Source: Catajapyx aquilonaris
Lineage: Eukaryota
Direction of reading: 5' to 3'
Assembly (NCBI GenBank): GCA_000934665.2
Contig: KZ538370.1
Location: 1 to 64,000 of the forward strand
Length of the DNA stretch: 64,000 nt
The notes under the pieces were generated by a model. It did not search any database and had not been told where the DNA came from. It saw only the letters and a list, made by a program, of their open reading frames with translations. How positions within the stretch are numbered: the stretch's first letter is position 1; every line of letters starts with the position of its first letter. Both the position numbers and the translations under genes were made by a program. This document shows positions 1 to 13,000 of this stretch, piece after piece.

Positions 1-2652
1 TTCTATTTAAATTTAAAAATGGGATAAACTTCCCTACTTACAAATTCATTTTTTTAAATAATGCGATTGTTTCTCACTATATTTTTTTGACGACCCCCAC
101 ACGAGACGATCTCGTTCCACAGGTACAACCTCCCTAGAATACACATAGCCATTCCCCCTATGGAGACCATCATCTGAAAGAAGAAAAAAAAATTGTGGTG
201 GACTGCCCTAGCCATCATCTGAGCTGAAACTTGCCAAGATCGTAAATAATCCCCTGGCTTCTCCTGACCCTTTTTGATGTCCCCGAGGATTGGTGCCGAG
301 CGGCTCTTGAGTGATTCCTCGCTGAAATATCGGCTGAGGAAGTGCCCGGGATTTAATGGCTGCCTGCACAATATACTACTATATACCATATATCCCCCCC
401 ACAAAATCTTCTGGGCAGGGCTATTCATTTTACGTATGAAAAGGGAGGTTTTTATGGTACATTTTGACTCGACCGTGCGTGTGGTCCTTTTCAGAAAAAA
501 AAACTATCATTTTGGAGTAGTTTATCAAATAAATTGAGTGAGGCATGTTCTTGATTAAGATATCCGGGATTATGGAGGATTGAGGATGGAGGAAAAATAA
601 ACAGGCGTGAAGGATGTCTTTCTTTGGCAGCCTGTAATCCAAGACGTAATTCCTGGAGTTACAGGGTGGTCCTGACAGCTTGCACCTGTTAGTGCATGTT
701 TTTGATTCATAAGTAGTTTGACAAATGTCTACGCAAATAGAGCATGTGCCAGTTGAAGCGAGTTGAAGTGCCTCTTTCAATCAGCGATTTTTTAGTGATG
801 ATGGGTCATGAGGAAGTAGTTATGCAAATATTAGTCACTGACTAATTGTCATTCAGCCTCGAATAGCAATATTAATTGAATCCGAATGATCAATTCTCAT
901 TTAAGAATTTGAATTCGTTTCTTTCCATGCTTTTAAAAGACACAGTACTTCCTGCAATGTAATAATGACTTAATATGTATATTATTGGGAGAAAATATAT
1001 TACTAAAACGATCGGCTAAATTGGAAAATTTAGGCGATCGTTTTAGTAATAGATTTAGATTATATAATCTAAATCTATTACAAAAACGCGCATTTTTTTT
1101 GTTCAAGGTCGCACAAGCTTAGGTGAATGTAACTACAGAGAACAATGGAATCCTCCTATACTGTACACACGTCGGATATAATTATACTGTATTACATAAT
1201 GTATAGTAAGAGCCCAGAATGGGATTTGAGCCACCAACCTTCGAACCACTAACCAGCTGACCACAACTGGCTAAATTGGAATACGCAGTATGTGCTGTTG
1301 TTTTCATTAATTTCTTAAGTTAATTATATAATACTCATAATTAATGCTATGTCATTTTTATTGCATCGTTTATTTCTTTAATGTAATTTTGCACGCCAAT
1401 TTTCCATCGACATCGTTAATTATTATTACCGGTATTGAATTTTATGGTATCGTTGTACGGCCTATTGTATTGCAATATTAATTGTTTTCTTTAATTGATA
1501 CAAAAAATTTTAGATGACAACATGTAGCCTACGTATTAATTGGGCCTAAGTCCTATTTGAATTGCATTATTTCCAACCCCGTCAGACACTGAGCTATATC
1601 TAGCACCTGACCAATATCAGCAGATCTCGCAATTTCTCCCAGAAGTGGACTTATCTCTTACTGAAAAGACGCTCACCATGCGGCACGACAGTGTTTCAAC
1701 AATTTACAGAAAAAACCTGCGCATAACTTGTTAGTAATGAACTGCACAGTACAAAATTGCAAGTAACTCATTTTGACACGTTTATGTGTTTACGCTTTCT
1801 GTTAGTGTACCTAATTTACGTATTTTTTTCCAAATTTTGCGAAAATGTGTAGCAAATCATAATTTGCTTGGATAAGGTCAGGAAAATAGATTCATGACGT
1901 GTCATCTTTTATTCGATAAAATAAATATTACAGCAGGTGATCCATCAGTATTGGATCGCCTTGCTTACGCCAATTGTTGAACAGCTGAGTGTTTTAAAAT
2001 AACCAAAATAAATAAACTCAACATGGCCAAAGGCACATTATTGTAGGTTCAGCAATAATCAACACTGAATTACTCTATCACGATCTGCTTGTCTGTAATT
2101 GCACACTTATTGAGAGCTATTCACGAACTGGACATGAATGAGTGCAATAATAATGTTTCGATCGATCATGTTGATCTAGCTCCAAACAATATTTTTTGTC
2201 CCAACCCTATTGGACATATTCGATAAAATTGGTCAGAATGGGCCAAAATTCCTAAGCTGGCACATGCACTTAATTTATGGTTTTACATTCGACTTACGGT
2301 ACCGCACATGTGCAATTACCTTATAAGTTATGTACTATAAGGTGCGGTGTGATGATAGATTGCATAATATTAGAGGCAATAAATCAGATTCTCTGTTTTT
2401 ACAGTTACATGGCTATCCACCCACACTCACACTGAGGGGGTAGGTAATAACACTTTTCATCAGCCTTATGATTTGCAATAATGTCCTCATGGTTCTGCAC
2501 CGGGTGAGTCAAAACTATAGTTAAATTGGGCCATGGTGAGTCATCCAATGCTCACCCTGTAGTATGTGGTAGCCCAAGATGCGCGTACCAAATAAGTCTG
2601 TCAATTAATCCCCTTTCACCCATCAGAAAAGAAACACAAGGATTTTTCCTAC

Positions 2653-3202
2653 CTGTTGCGGTGATCCTCTCCACCTCATACTTTCTCATTGCAAAGATGG
2701 ACGTGAATCCAAAACTGAGCTGAAGTCCATGATTCAACATTTGCACCAACATCGCACACACCATCACCACCCATCCCCAATCACCCTCCGGATAATAGTG
2801 CTGAAACAGCGTCACCGTCTTCCGAGGCGGTGTCACCTTCACAGGTGTTACAGTCTCACTTTTCTTCACTTCCTCCTGGTCATCCTCCTCCTGGTCATCC
2901 TTCTGAGCATCACCATCACCCACATCCTCCTGCACATCAACAATCACTTCCGGTTCCGGTTCCTGTTCCGGTTCCGGTTCCTCCTCCACATAAGACGCCA
3001 CTGGCTGACACGTGCATCTAACCTGGTTGTTCTTGGTCAGCTCAGCGTTGACCGCCAGAAGATGTGACCCATATCCAAACAGATCATCATCAATCTGGAT
3101 AATAGTAGCCCTCAACACATTGTCCAACGGCCATGTCCTGCTTCTGGAAATCCCCGGTCGGAAGCTCCTATACACGAGCCCCAACCGGTATGTGTCCCCC
3201 AT
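2653..3202 (-). CDS. First coding exon of a monocarboxylate transporter (SLC16/MCT, MFS)-like gene; remaining exons not identified in the window
   Basis: ORF has an acidic low-complexity N-terminus, then HYYPEGDWGWVVMVCAMLVQMLNHGLQLSFG, resembling the SLC16 TM1 motif [D/E]G[G/S]WGW. In-frame TAA lies just upstream of ATG 3202. Donor ACAG|GTAGG at 2653/2652. Confidence 0.8.
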
Positions 3203-4410
3203 CCTATTTTACCCTGTGTCCCGGACACACTCTCTGTTGGACACCCGCATGTTGACCATGGTTGTGACCAGCCGATGCTCTGCCATGCACTGTCGCCCCC
3301 GACCTGGGCCACTCACGTTATAGGTCCTAGTCTCTCTCCACCCTCCCTTTTTCCCTCTCATGAATGAGCCAACCGGAGGCATGCGCGGTTTATGGGCGCC
3401 ACCAGCAGATCCTATATGACTTCCTCTAACGTACTTTGCTGGCCACCAACGGCACATCTTCCGATTCCACTCACCTTGTTTCCTCTTATGATGCCATGAT
3501 GCCATGGACGACCAGGAGCAGCTTCTGATGGCAACTTGTAGTAGAAGGAATGTTGCTATATTTATTGGGAGCAATGGAGCACCTGGAAGAACTAGCTATA
3601 TAAAAATAACTATGGGCGATATTAGTTATAACTAAAATCGACCCACGAACTTGAAACACCCAATTTGTGCTGGGATGATTCGAATATTCGAACAGCGTGT
3701 AGGTTAATTATATTTATTGTACAAAATGTATTCAGGTTGCTAAGGTTCATTACATAAGTCACATTGCAGTTTAAATGCGTTTGTTTATGGTTCAATAAGG
3801 TACATTGTATAACCAAATATTCTGCAAAGTGTTCGTTTTAGTTAACATTTTGACACCAAACTGCTTACTGTTAAGCATAATTTGGAACGGCTACTTTCAT
3901 GGGCTATAAATTATAAATTGCTAACAATAATGTGTATGTGCATTCAAAATATCATATGTTCATCTCACGCATTAATTGAAGGGTTTGGTGGAAAAACAGG
4001 ATATGTCCACTTTTGTTACAAGATGGCAGAACCACCCATAACTCATTTTCGGCCAAAAGTGGACATACCCGGTCTTTCCATCAATTATTCCTGCACTTAA
4101 CTATTGAAGGAACTAAACAGCAGTTAAGTGCCAAAGTAGTTACCTAAACGGACATTTTTTAGGAACCCACCGTATATACACAAGTAATTGCACCTAATCC
4201 TACACCTAATGGATCACAATTGTCATTTAAATGTACAATCCTATTAAATCTACGAAATTCTCGTACTTAATCGTAAAGTGTAACATGTGCATAATACAAG
4301 TCTCCTAACTGTAACAATTAGAGTCGTCCTTAGAACTTCAATAAGAGCCGCTGGATTGTGTCCGATGGCAGATGTGTGACGTCTTTCTCATCTAGTCTGC
4401 CTCAGGCAAT

Positions 4411-7400
4411 TTAGCTCTCTTGATTGGACTTACTACGTCGCTTAATCCCTGCAAGCTCGTTTTTAATGACACTGTTGCTTTCACTGCTGCTTTCTCCGCT
4501 TTTACTGCTCAGCTTCTTCCTGGCTGGCTTCGTATCGCCTTCGAATTTCAAGATGAACTTAAGCTCATCCTTTGCCACACTCCACGTGGAAACCTGAGAA
4601 TATGAATGGTTATTGTATACACAATCCCACCAAAACCCTTTCAGTAAAAAAAGGCCAAGTTCTCCTGACTGCTTGGCCGTAAAAAGTGGTGAGATCTGAA
4701 ATACGGCCAATAGTTGGTACACTCTACAGTAAATTATCAAACCTTTTCTTTCCTGGCTGTCTGGATACAAACAAAAATAAATTCTCCAAATGCGATTAAA
4801 GCGGCGATTAGGTTTCCAAAGACAATTAACCCAAATACTCCAGCAACATTAGCGACACCCAGGGCCATGTTTGGTACCTCTTTCTGCAATAAAATATAAA
4901 TAAAAAAGTTGAGTAACTTTAACATATATTGTAAAGTGACAGAATAATTATGAGAAATGAATACTCACAATACAAGGAGCACCTTTTCTTTTTTCTTTCC
5001 ACCATTTTGTTTTCAAAAGATCTAACTCTCCTTTTTCTTTCATTGCTAAAATTTGGTTGTTGAAGAGCTGTGTGAATGGGGAGCCTGTGTGGATATGAAT
5101 AGCAATCTATCACATAATATGGCCTGGTATGAATTATTACAGAGCGATATTGGATCATGTCAAAGAAAATTGTCGGGAAATTTAAAAAGGGCCAAATTTA
5201 TTATGATCATCAAAAATTAATTTATTGATTACCATATAAAGAACTGCTACCTTTTGGAAATCCTATGGCGTATCCTTTGTTATCCAACCATCCTCCTACT
5301 TGAAACAAGTCGCAGTTTCGTTCTACTTGGTACTCAATAATGGTCGACTCCATGAAAAATGCAAATTTTCCTTTCTCCCCAATGACCCTTTTCATTCCGT
5401 CGTCATTGTTCTGCACTTCGGCAATGTGTTCGGACATTACTTTGTAGTCGCTATCTGTACTTGTCTGCAATGAAACATTCATAGCATTTTGCAATTGACA
5501 ACAATGCAACAATGCAAACTTACACCAAAGAATTTTATAGTCGATCCAGACCCGACAGCACCGTATTTAATTTCAGTTTGATGAGCCAACTGTCTAGCCT
5601 CTGAAAATGGTGATGATGGCTTGTCGCTGGTAAGAAAGGCTGCCAGATTGGCAGTGTACGACGAAATGATGATGAGGATGAAAAAAGCCCATATACTCGA
5701 GGCCATCCGCGTAGAAACGGCCCTAAGCACAACATTATATTGTTAATACAAAAATTATTCTTATGTACTTTCCCACACATACTTTGGAGCCAGTTCTGTT
5801 CCTTGTTGCATCAATGATCCAATAGTGAACCAGAAGCTGTTCAGGAATCCAAATTGGTTCTCAAGCTCATCTGGTTCCTCTATACATGGATATGGATTGT
5901 CCCACTCGTATGGTGTTAATCTGAATAGTTAAAACATACATAATGAGAATATGCATGTATGTTGAGTACAAATTCCCTACCTTGCCACAAAGAATATAAT
6001 GACAGACACACCAACATATGCTATAGTCATTGATATCCAAACATCTTTAGAAAAAGGAGCCATGAAGGAAAAGAACGACGGAGGTTCTTTGAAAGGTTTC
6101 ACATACAGAACTCCAATACCTGCAATAAAATAGTGAACTATTTACATCACAATTAGCGTGTAGGAACTGATTATTTATATAACAAGCGTAGAACTACATA
6201 ATTTACGCATTATTATGCGATTCACGAGTCCTGGCCTGTTAGGCTCCTCCTCCGTCCTCCGCCCTCTGAAGGCGAGGTTTCCACGTCCGCGTCCGCCATG
6301 GCCTCACACGCCTGCCAGGAGGATGGGGGAGAGCACTTGGCAGCAGTGGATCGCATTGGGGGGGTGGGGGGTGGGGGGGACAACCAGGCCTGGAAATACG
6401 ACGACCCACCTATCCCTTGTTGAGACCGAACCCCGCACCATTGGCTCCTACTCGCGAGAATCACGAGCATTCCAGGCCTAATTTCTTCCGCCGCTGACGT
6501 TGGGAGGAGGTGGGTGGAGCCTAACAGGCCAGGACTCGTGAATCGCATAATAGCAGAGTTGAGTCAAAATTTCATGTCAAAGATTCAGTTTCTGAAATTT
6601 GGGTTGCATCATGCAAGGATGAGAAGTGACCCCAGGTGGAAGGGTACCTTTGCAAAATTGCTTGCCATACACTTACCTAAAGTCATGAAAGGCAATGTGA
6701 AATCCAGTGCTCCTGCTCGTTCTGAATTAACGCTTATATCTGCTACCACCATATCTGATTGCTGATGGAATAGAAACAAAAATAGATGGACTCAAGATGG
6801 ACCAAACCGCAACTTACCCCGTTCACTACTTCTCCTATCATTCCGTTCCATACTCCGGTTTGTTTGTCCAGTGAACCATAATTTCCATCTTCAACTAACC
6901 TTATCTTATATCTAAATGATAGGTTTCGAGCCAAGTAATCCAAAAATTCAACCACAAATCCCTCGTACTGATCGTTTCCTGACATTTTCTCAACCGATTC
7001 TTTCAGCATTGTTGTAGGATTGTTCTGGAAAAAATGCAATTTTAAATCACTTATTAACTCTAAATTAAGGTTGAAACTCACCAAAATGGTTGTGACTGTG
7101 AGAGTCCTGTTGACCAGGTTGCTTATAGCTTCTGATATTACTATTTCTGGAGGGTCCATCATTCGTGTAAAGTTGTTCTTCTTGGTCCAATATCCAGCAG
7201 TCTTTAACCCAGTGTTTAGCAGTTCAGTTACTTCCAGATTAAAATCAGTGCGATTGCCCATTGGATCCAGGGCCAAATGACCACTTAAGCCCTCAATAGT
7301 GGTCTGAAAAGAATCGTGTTGAAAGTAACAGTTACTTTTCAATTATTGAATTGGTGAGCTCACCATTTTCAGTTCATTGACAACACTTTCGCCGTCCATC

Positions 7401-9211
7401 CATGGCTGTTCGCTGTCACAGTCCAATATGGGCAATTCTTCCATCATGTAGTTCTTATTTTCATAGAAGTTGGTGATGGCCGTTGCGTACATGAAAACTG
7501 CGTCATACATCAAAGCTGCTTCGTTCTGTAAAAATTATGTAAATACTGTATTACTTTCTAAGTTACAACACGGCCTTAAGGGGGCACTACAGTAATCGAC
7601 CCCAGCGTTATATATCGTGTCGAGAGTGGCGTGACGTCACGCGGCCCTGGAGGCCCTTCGACACAGCGCTAATAGGTCTTTGACTTATGTACATTCATAA
7701 AAATTAAGTCCCAACTTCTTGTCTCTAATGTTTTTTTTGGCGATTTTTGTACAAAACCCTTGATTTTGCCTATACTGCCCTCTTAAAGTCAGCACGGAAA
7801 TGGACAGGTCCGATGTGATACTTACCTTGAGGGTATCCGAGGTTATGTTCATGGGTATGTCTGAATATCGTTCCCAACCTGATACAATATCTGCTGCATA
7901 CCCATGCGGATTCACCACTCTGAAACCTGTGATGTTAGCATTTGCATACTGGAAACTCTCCAAATCCAGCGTATGAGAATCCTGCGTTTAAAAAATAATC
8001 ATAATTATTTAGAGCAATTTTTTCAAATATTGTAGGACCATACCAATGAGGATAGGATGAATCCGTTTACATCCGTCAACATTCCAACTTGCTGGGCTTG
8101 CAATAAGACTTCAAACGTTGTTTCGGCTGATGCGTACAAAAACACATTACCATAAAACGCACTCTTCAAATCCCACAGAAGTGGCCTGTCGACATTTAAA
8201 TATGTAAATATATTTTTCTATATTTTAAATAATGCAGTAAACACACCTGAAATTACCATCCTTAGGTAGCTGACGCATGATAAACCTCTGCTGTAATGGA
8301 GCAAAATCTAACATCATCTTTTGGATGATCATGAGCGAATTTGTGTTTTCATATAGCAAAGCGAAGGACTCCCATCCCCAGGACTTGATGACATCAGTGT
8401 ATGCCTTCACCAGCATCTCATGATAAGGGTGAATATTGACCACCTGCTTGTCTATGCGATGCCTTATATCCAACCGGGTTTGCAGGCAAGCGATGTTCAT
8501 GGCCTCGCAAATTGATTGAAGATAAGTGGCAGCGAAGGGATCAGATGGGCCAAATATTGAGATCACTCCAGAACTCAGAAGCTTGCACACTGAAATGCAT
8601 CACAGAATCTCCACTTAAGATGCATATACTGTATTATTAATAATTTTTTCACAATATGTAAAGAAAAATGGGCCATAGGCCAGTAGTGTTTCCAAATAAT
8701 TTTTTAACATGATATTTGAGAAGCACAGCCCTCTGCATATATATAATCAAGGTAAAAGTTGGCAAAAATAGATGGAATCTTGACCTGCGTTAGACTGGGG
8801 GAAAAAAATGTTGGGCATTGGGCCCACTGCGATTTAAAACACTGCGTATTTTAATAACACAAATATTTATCAAGTTCGTACCTTTGACTTCAATCTCATG
8901 AGCTGAGTCCTCTCCTACAAATTCGATGTAATGAACTAGCCTAATGAGAGGCCATATCTGTCGATTTGAAGAATGTGGCCAATATTCCTGATTAGCGTTC
9001 CATTCTTCCACTGCAGCTTTAAAAGCCAGTACTTGTTGATAGTCATCCTTATGGAATATTCCACCTTTTGTGATTTAAAAAATATTAATATTGTGATAAA
9101 TTTGGGTATAATATTGTGCTTACCGATGCGTACTACTCTGGACGGCCTTTGACACTTGGATATGTCCACCAACAACAATATCAAAAAAATTGCACATAAC
9201 CACTTCATCAT
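4411..9211 (-). CDS. Kainate-type ionotropic glutamate receptor, divergent tandem paralog A (16 exons)
   Basis: Exons: 9124-9211 (signal peptide [20 protein letters not shown]), 8882-9064, 8247-8589, 8044-8185, 7826-7981, 7364-7525, 7082-7303, 6818-7024, 6677-6761 ([19 protein letters not shown]), 5981-6119, 5783-5920 ([11 protein letters not shown]), 5524-5722 (SYTANLAAF), 5251-5464 (FFMEST), 4969-5084, 4743-4883 (M4), 4411-4593. GT-AG sites and phases are consistent. Confidence 0.93.
4626..4698. mobile_element. 74-bp interspersed element, copy 3 (inverted)
   Basis: Reverse complement of 11221-11294 with few differences. Flanking duplication is degenerate or absent. Confidence 0.8.
6211..6552. 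mobile_element. MITE with ~37-bp terminal inverted repeats (family 1, copy 1), in intron 9 of paralog A
   Basis: tattatgcgattcacgagtcctggcctgttaggctcc ... ggagcctaacaggccaggactcgtgaatcgcataata. A highly similar inverted copy lies at 54271-54617. Confidence 0.9.
7580..7782. mobile_element. Probable TTAA-flanked MITE in intron 5 of paralog A
   Basis: TTAA|GGGGGCACTACAG ... CTATACTGCCCTC|TTAA, imperfect TIR. The orthologous intron is ~60-80 bp in B and D. Confidence 0.55.
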
Positions 9212-10007
9212 TACAATTTAATCACTGTCATCAGCACACAACACTTAATCACTTTTCCACCACCTTAATTTTAGTTAACTCACTTATATCTTCAAAGTAT
9301 CAAAACTTGTAGCAACCGACTCCCAGTCACTGTAAATACAACTTCTTGTCTGCTGAAACCTACGAATAACCAAGGCTGATTGCAACGAGTAGACAAGAAT
9401 AGGTTTGGAACACCTTGTTTTATGGTCTCCGAACCACCTCTTTGAAACTTAGTTTAGACCAGGTTGCAGACTTATATTGTGCAAAGTTGTTGGACCAATC
9501 GGTCCAAATATTTTGCAAAATTTTTTTGAAACACTAGACGTGCTATTATTGGACCGTTCTAAAAAGTGGACATCCTATTAGACTAATTCTCGTACTGAAC
9601 TGTTATTTTCTTCCACAGACTGTAGAGGCCTTGCGGTTATTTTCGTCTGGAAATCGGGGTGACGTCGACGTAATAATGCAGTCCATCATTTTATCACCAA
9701 CTCACATTAAAATTAATTTGAGACGGTTGGGTGGAATTAATCACGTTTGGATAAAATTAATCGTGTTTAATACGAATGTAACATTAATACAGTAGTGACA
9801 CCTGGAGATTTTTCACAAGTACTACCGGTATGTCCTGACATGTTGCAGGTGTTAACCGACTCATGAGCATCATTTGGACCTCATTGGCACCATCTAAACA
9901 ATAAACAGTGTGTGTGCGGTACCCAAGTGGGTCAATACCACTGGTGCAAAATTAGACCTTCGAAGAAGAAAACAAACAAAGGTTCCAAAGACTATAAATA
10001 TGGCTGA

Positions 10008-13000
10008 TTATATTTTATGTTCGTCAGACCTGCTTCGTCGTTTCATATCAGCGTTTACATTACGTATGACACTGTCTTCAGACGTGTTCTTGTTGCTGCT
10101 GGTTTTGCTGCCATTTGCTGGTTTTTTTCTAACTGGTTTTGTGTCGCTGTCGAAGTTTAATATCAGTTTTAGGTCATCTTTAACCACGCTCCAGAACGAC
10201 ACCTGTAGAAAGATTATGTCAATTTTTTGGGACACCATAATTTCAGTGATGTTCTCACCTTTTCTTCTTTGGCTGTCTGCCGATGTGCATAGATGAACTC
10301 ACCGATTGCGATACATGTTGCTATTATGTTGCCGACTAGAAGCAGTCCAAAAACTCCTGCGACGTTGGCTAGGCCTAAGGCCATGTTGGGAGGCACTTCC
10401 TATAAGACGGATTAAGACCTCAAATTTTTTTTTGCAAATTTGCCAAAATTCCCAAATACTTACAACACAAGGAGCTCCTTTTCGTTTTTCTTTCCACCAT
10501 TTATTCTTCAAAGCTCGAATTTCACCCCTTTCTTGCAGTGATACTATTTGAGTATTGAAAACTTGGGTGAATGGAGAGCCTGCAAGTAAATACAATTAAG
10601 CCTAACATCGTGTATGATATAGACTTTTCTAACCTTTGGCAAATCCGATTCCGTAACCCTTGTTGTCTAACCAGCTTCCAATTTGATATAACTCGCAGTT
10701 TCGTTCGACCTGGTACTCGATCACTGTCGATTCCATAAAGAACGCAAACTTTCCTTTCATATCCACCACTTTCTTCAATCCTTCGTCGTTGTTTCCTACA
10801 AAACTTCCTTTATTTTGTTTCATAAAGTTAAACATGACTTTGTAGTCCTCGTCTGTACTTCCCTGTAAACAAATTATTATTTAAGATATTTATATATAAG
10901 ATTAGCTGCGGGACCCGGCGTTGGCCGGGAAGAAATGAATGAAGGGAAAACACCTGCCAGTAACCCCGTCAACTGTCTGTCTTTCTGTGTGTCCGCCCAC
11001 CAATGCCATCTGTGGTCCTGCTACTCCAACACCTTCAACCTCTCCCGCCTGTGTAACGGCAACCGTCATTTCGGCCATCTGTAGTCAACCCCCAACACCT
11101 CCATCCTCTCCCGGCCTGGGGGTGGAGCACAGACGGTTGGCAGGCGGACAGAGAGACAGACAGACAGACTCACAAACGGCTTTATTTACATAGATTTTAC
11201 TGTAATACACATCAAAATATCAGATCTCACCACTTTTGACGGCCAAGCAGTCTGGAGAACTTGGCCTATTTTTTACAGAAAGGTTTTTGGTGGGTAGATT
11301 TTACTGTAATACACATCAAAATATATTACCTCAAAGAACTTTCCTGTTGTACCTGATTCGACACATCCATATTTAATTTCAGTTTGATGAGCCAAATCTT
11401 TCGCATGTGCAAATGGCGACGAGGGCTTATCACTAGTTAAAAACGCTGCAAGATTCGCCGTATATGATGAAATTATAATTAAAATAAAGAATGCCCATAT
11501 GCTTGCAACAATTCGTGTTGAAACTGCCCTGGAACAAAATATATTATTAAATCACATAATTATTAAGTATACCGTATATGACTTTAGTCACAGTTTGTGC
11601 GTCTAATACTTTTTGGTCACGGTACTGACCCACCCCTATTTCGCAAGCCAATTCTTATTTCGGAAGTGCTCAAAAGCTTGCCAAAAAATTTTTTACCATC
11701 AGTTGGTAAAAACTCAGCTAGATGGCTGCTTTGCCAGACCGGTTCTGCACACCAGCGCCGTACATTCGGGTGTGTGATAGCAACGAATTTCATGCGATTT
11801 CAACTTACTTTGGCGCTAGTTCACAACCTTGTTGCATCAAAGTTGCAATGGTGAACCAAAAGTTGCTTAGAAAATCAAACTGGTTTTCTAGTTCAGATGG
11901 GTTTTCGGTACACGGGTATGGGTTGTCCCATTCATCTGGAGCCATCCTGTAAAGAGGTGGTTAAATATCGTACAGTAGTGGTAATCCACCCCCCTAAAAG
12001 TTGCTCTATTACAGGGTAATTTTTAAAAAAATACAGTGACATCCTATGGATATCGAAATATTCAGTGGATATCCATAGGATGTCGCAGGGACTTGCCTGG
12101 ACAGAAAGAACATGATGAATGACACGCCGACAAAAGACAGAGTCATGTATAGCCAAACGTCCATTGAAAACGGTGCCATGAATGACATGAATGATGGGGG
12201 TGCTCGTTTTGGTTTTACATACAGAACACCAATGCCTGAAACAACAAAGACAGTAACGACCACCGTGTGAACCAACCCTAAAAGAACTTACCTAACTGCA
12301 TGAATGGAAGAGTGAAATCAAGTGCTTCTGCTCGATCTGCATTGACACTGACGTCAGCCACGACCATGTCAGCTACCTGCATTGAAACCGGTTGCATTTT
12401 TAGATATTTTGGTACCATCTATTAATAGGCATATTAAAGATGTCATCTTGCATTTCCGGGATATCCAAATATGCGTGTGGGATGTGTCGAGGTTAACTCA
12501 TTTGGAAAAGTCAGTTTTGCAACAAGATTCTCATTACTTAGGGGTCAGTTTTGTTGACTCAAATTAGCAGAAAATGTCTTAATTTGAATATGACAAATTA
12601 TATTTTAAAATATTAATTATTTGTTTGTTTTACCCCGTTGGGAGAATAGGCGCTCCATTAGGGGGGTGGAATACCACCATTTTGTTATGAAGAAATTATG
12701 AAAAATACTCACCCCACTTTTAACTTCGCCTATCATTCCATTCCACGTCCCGTTGATTAGTTTACCATAACTGTTGTCTCTCACCAACTGAATTTTGTAT
12801 CTGAAGGAAAGGTTTCGTGCCAGCAAATCTAAGAAATCGGGAACAAATCCTTCAAACTGATCGTTTCCAAATTTCTTCTCCACTGCCAATTTTCTCATTG
12901 TAAATGGATCATTCTGTAACAATGATATGGAATCAGTCAATCATCCAGCATTGTTGAATACATTATTTACACTTTACCAAGAAAGTGGAAATAATTAGCG

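Noticed and set aside
2729..3067. His-rich and Pro-Val plus-strand ORFs
   Set aside because: Antisense shadow of the acidic low-complexity MCT N-terminus.
6215..6548. ORFs starting MRFTSPGLL on both strands (also 54400-54612)
   Set aside because: Artefact of MITE terminal inverted repeats.
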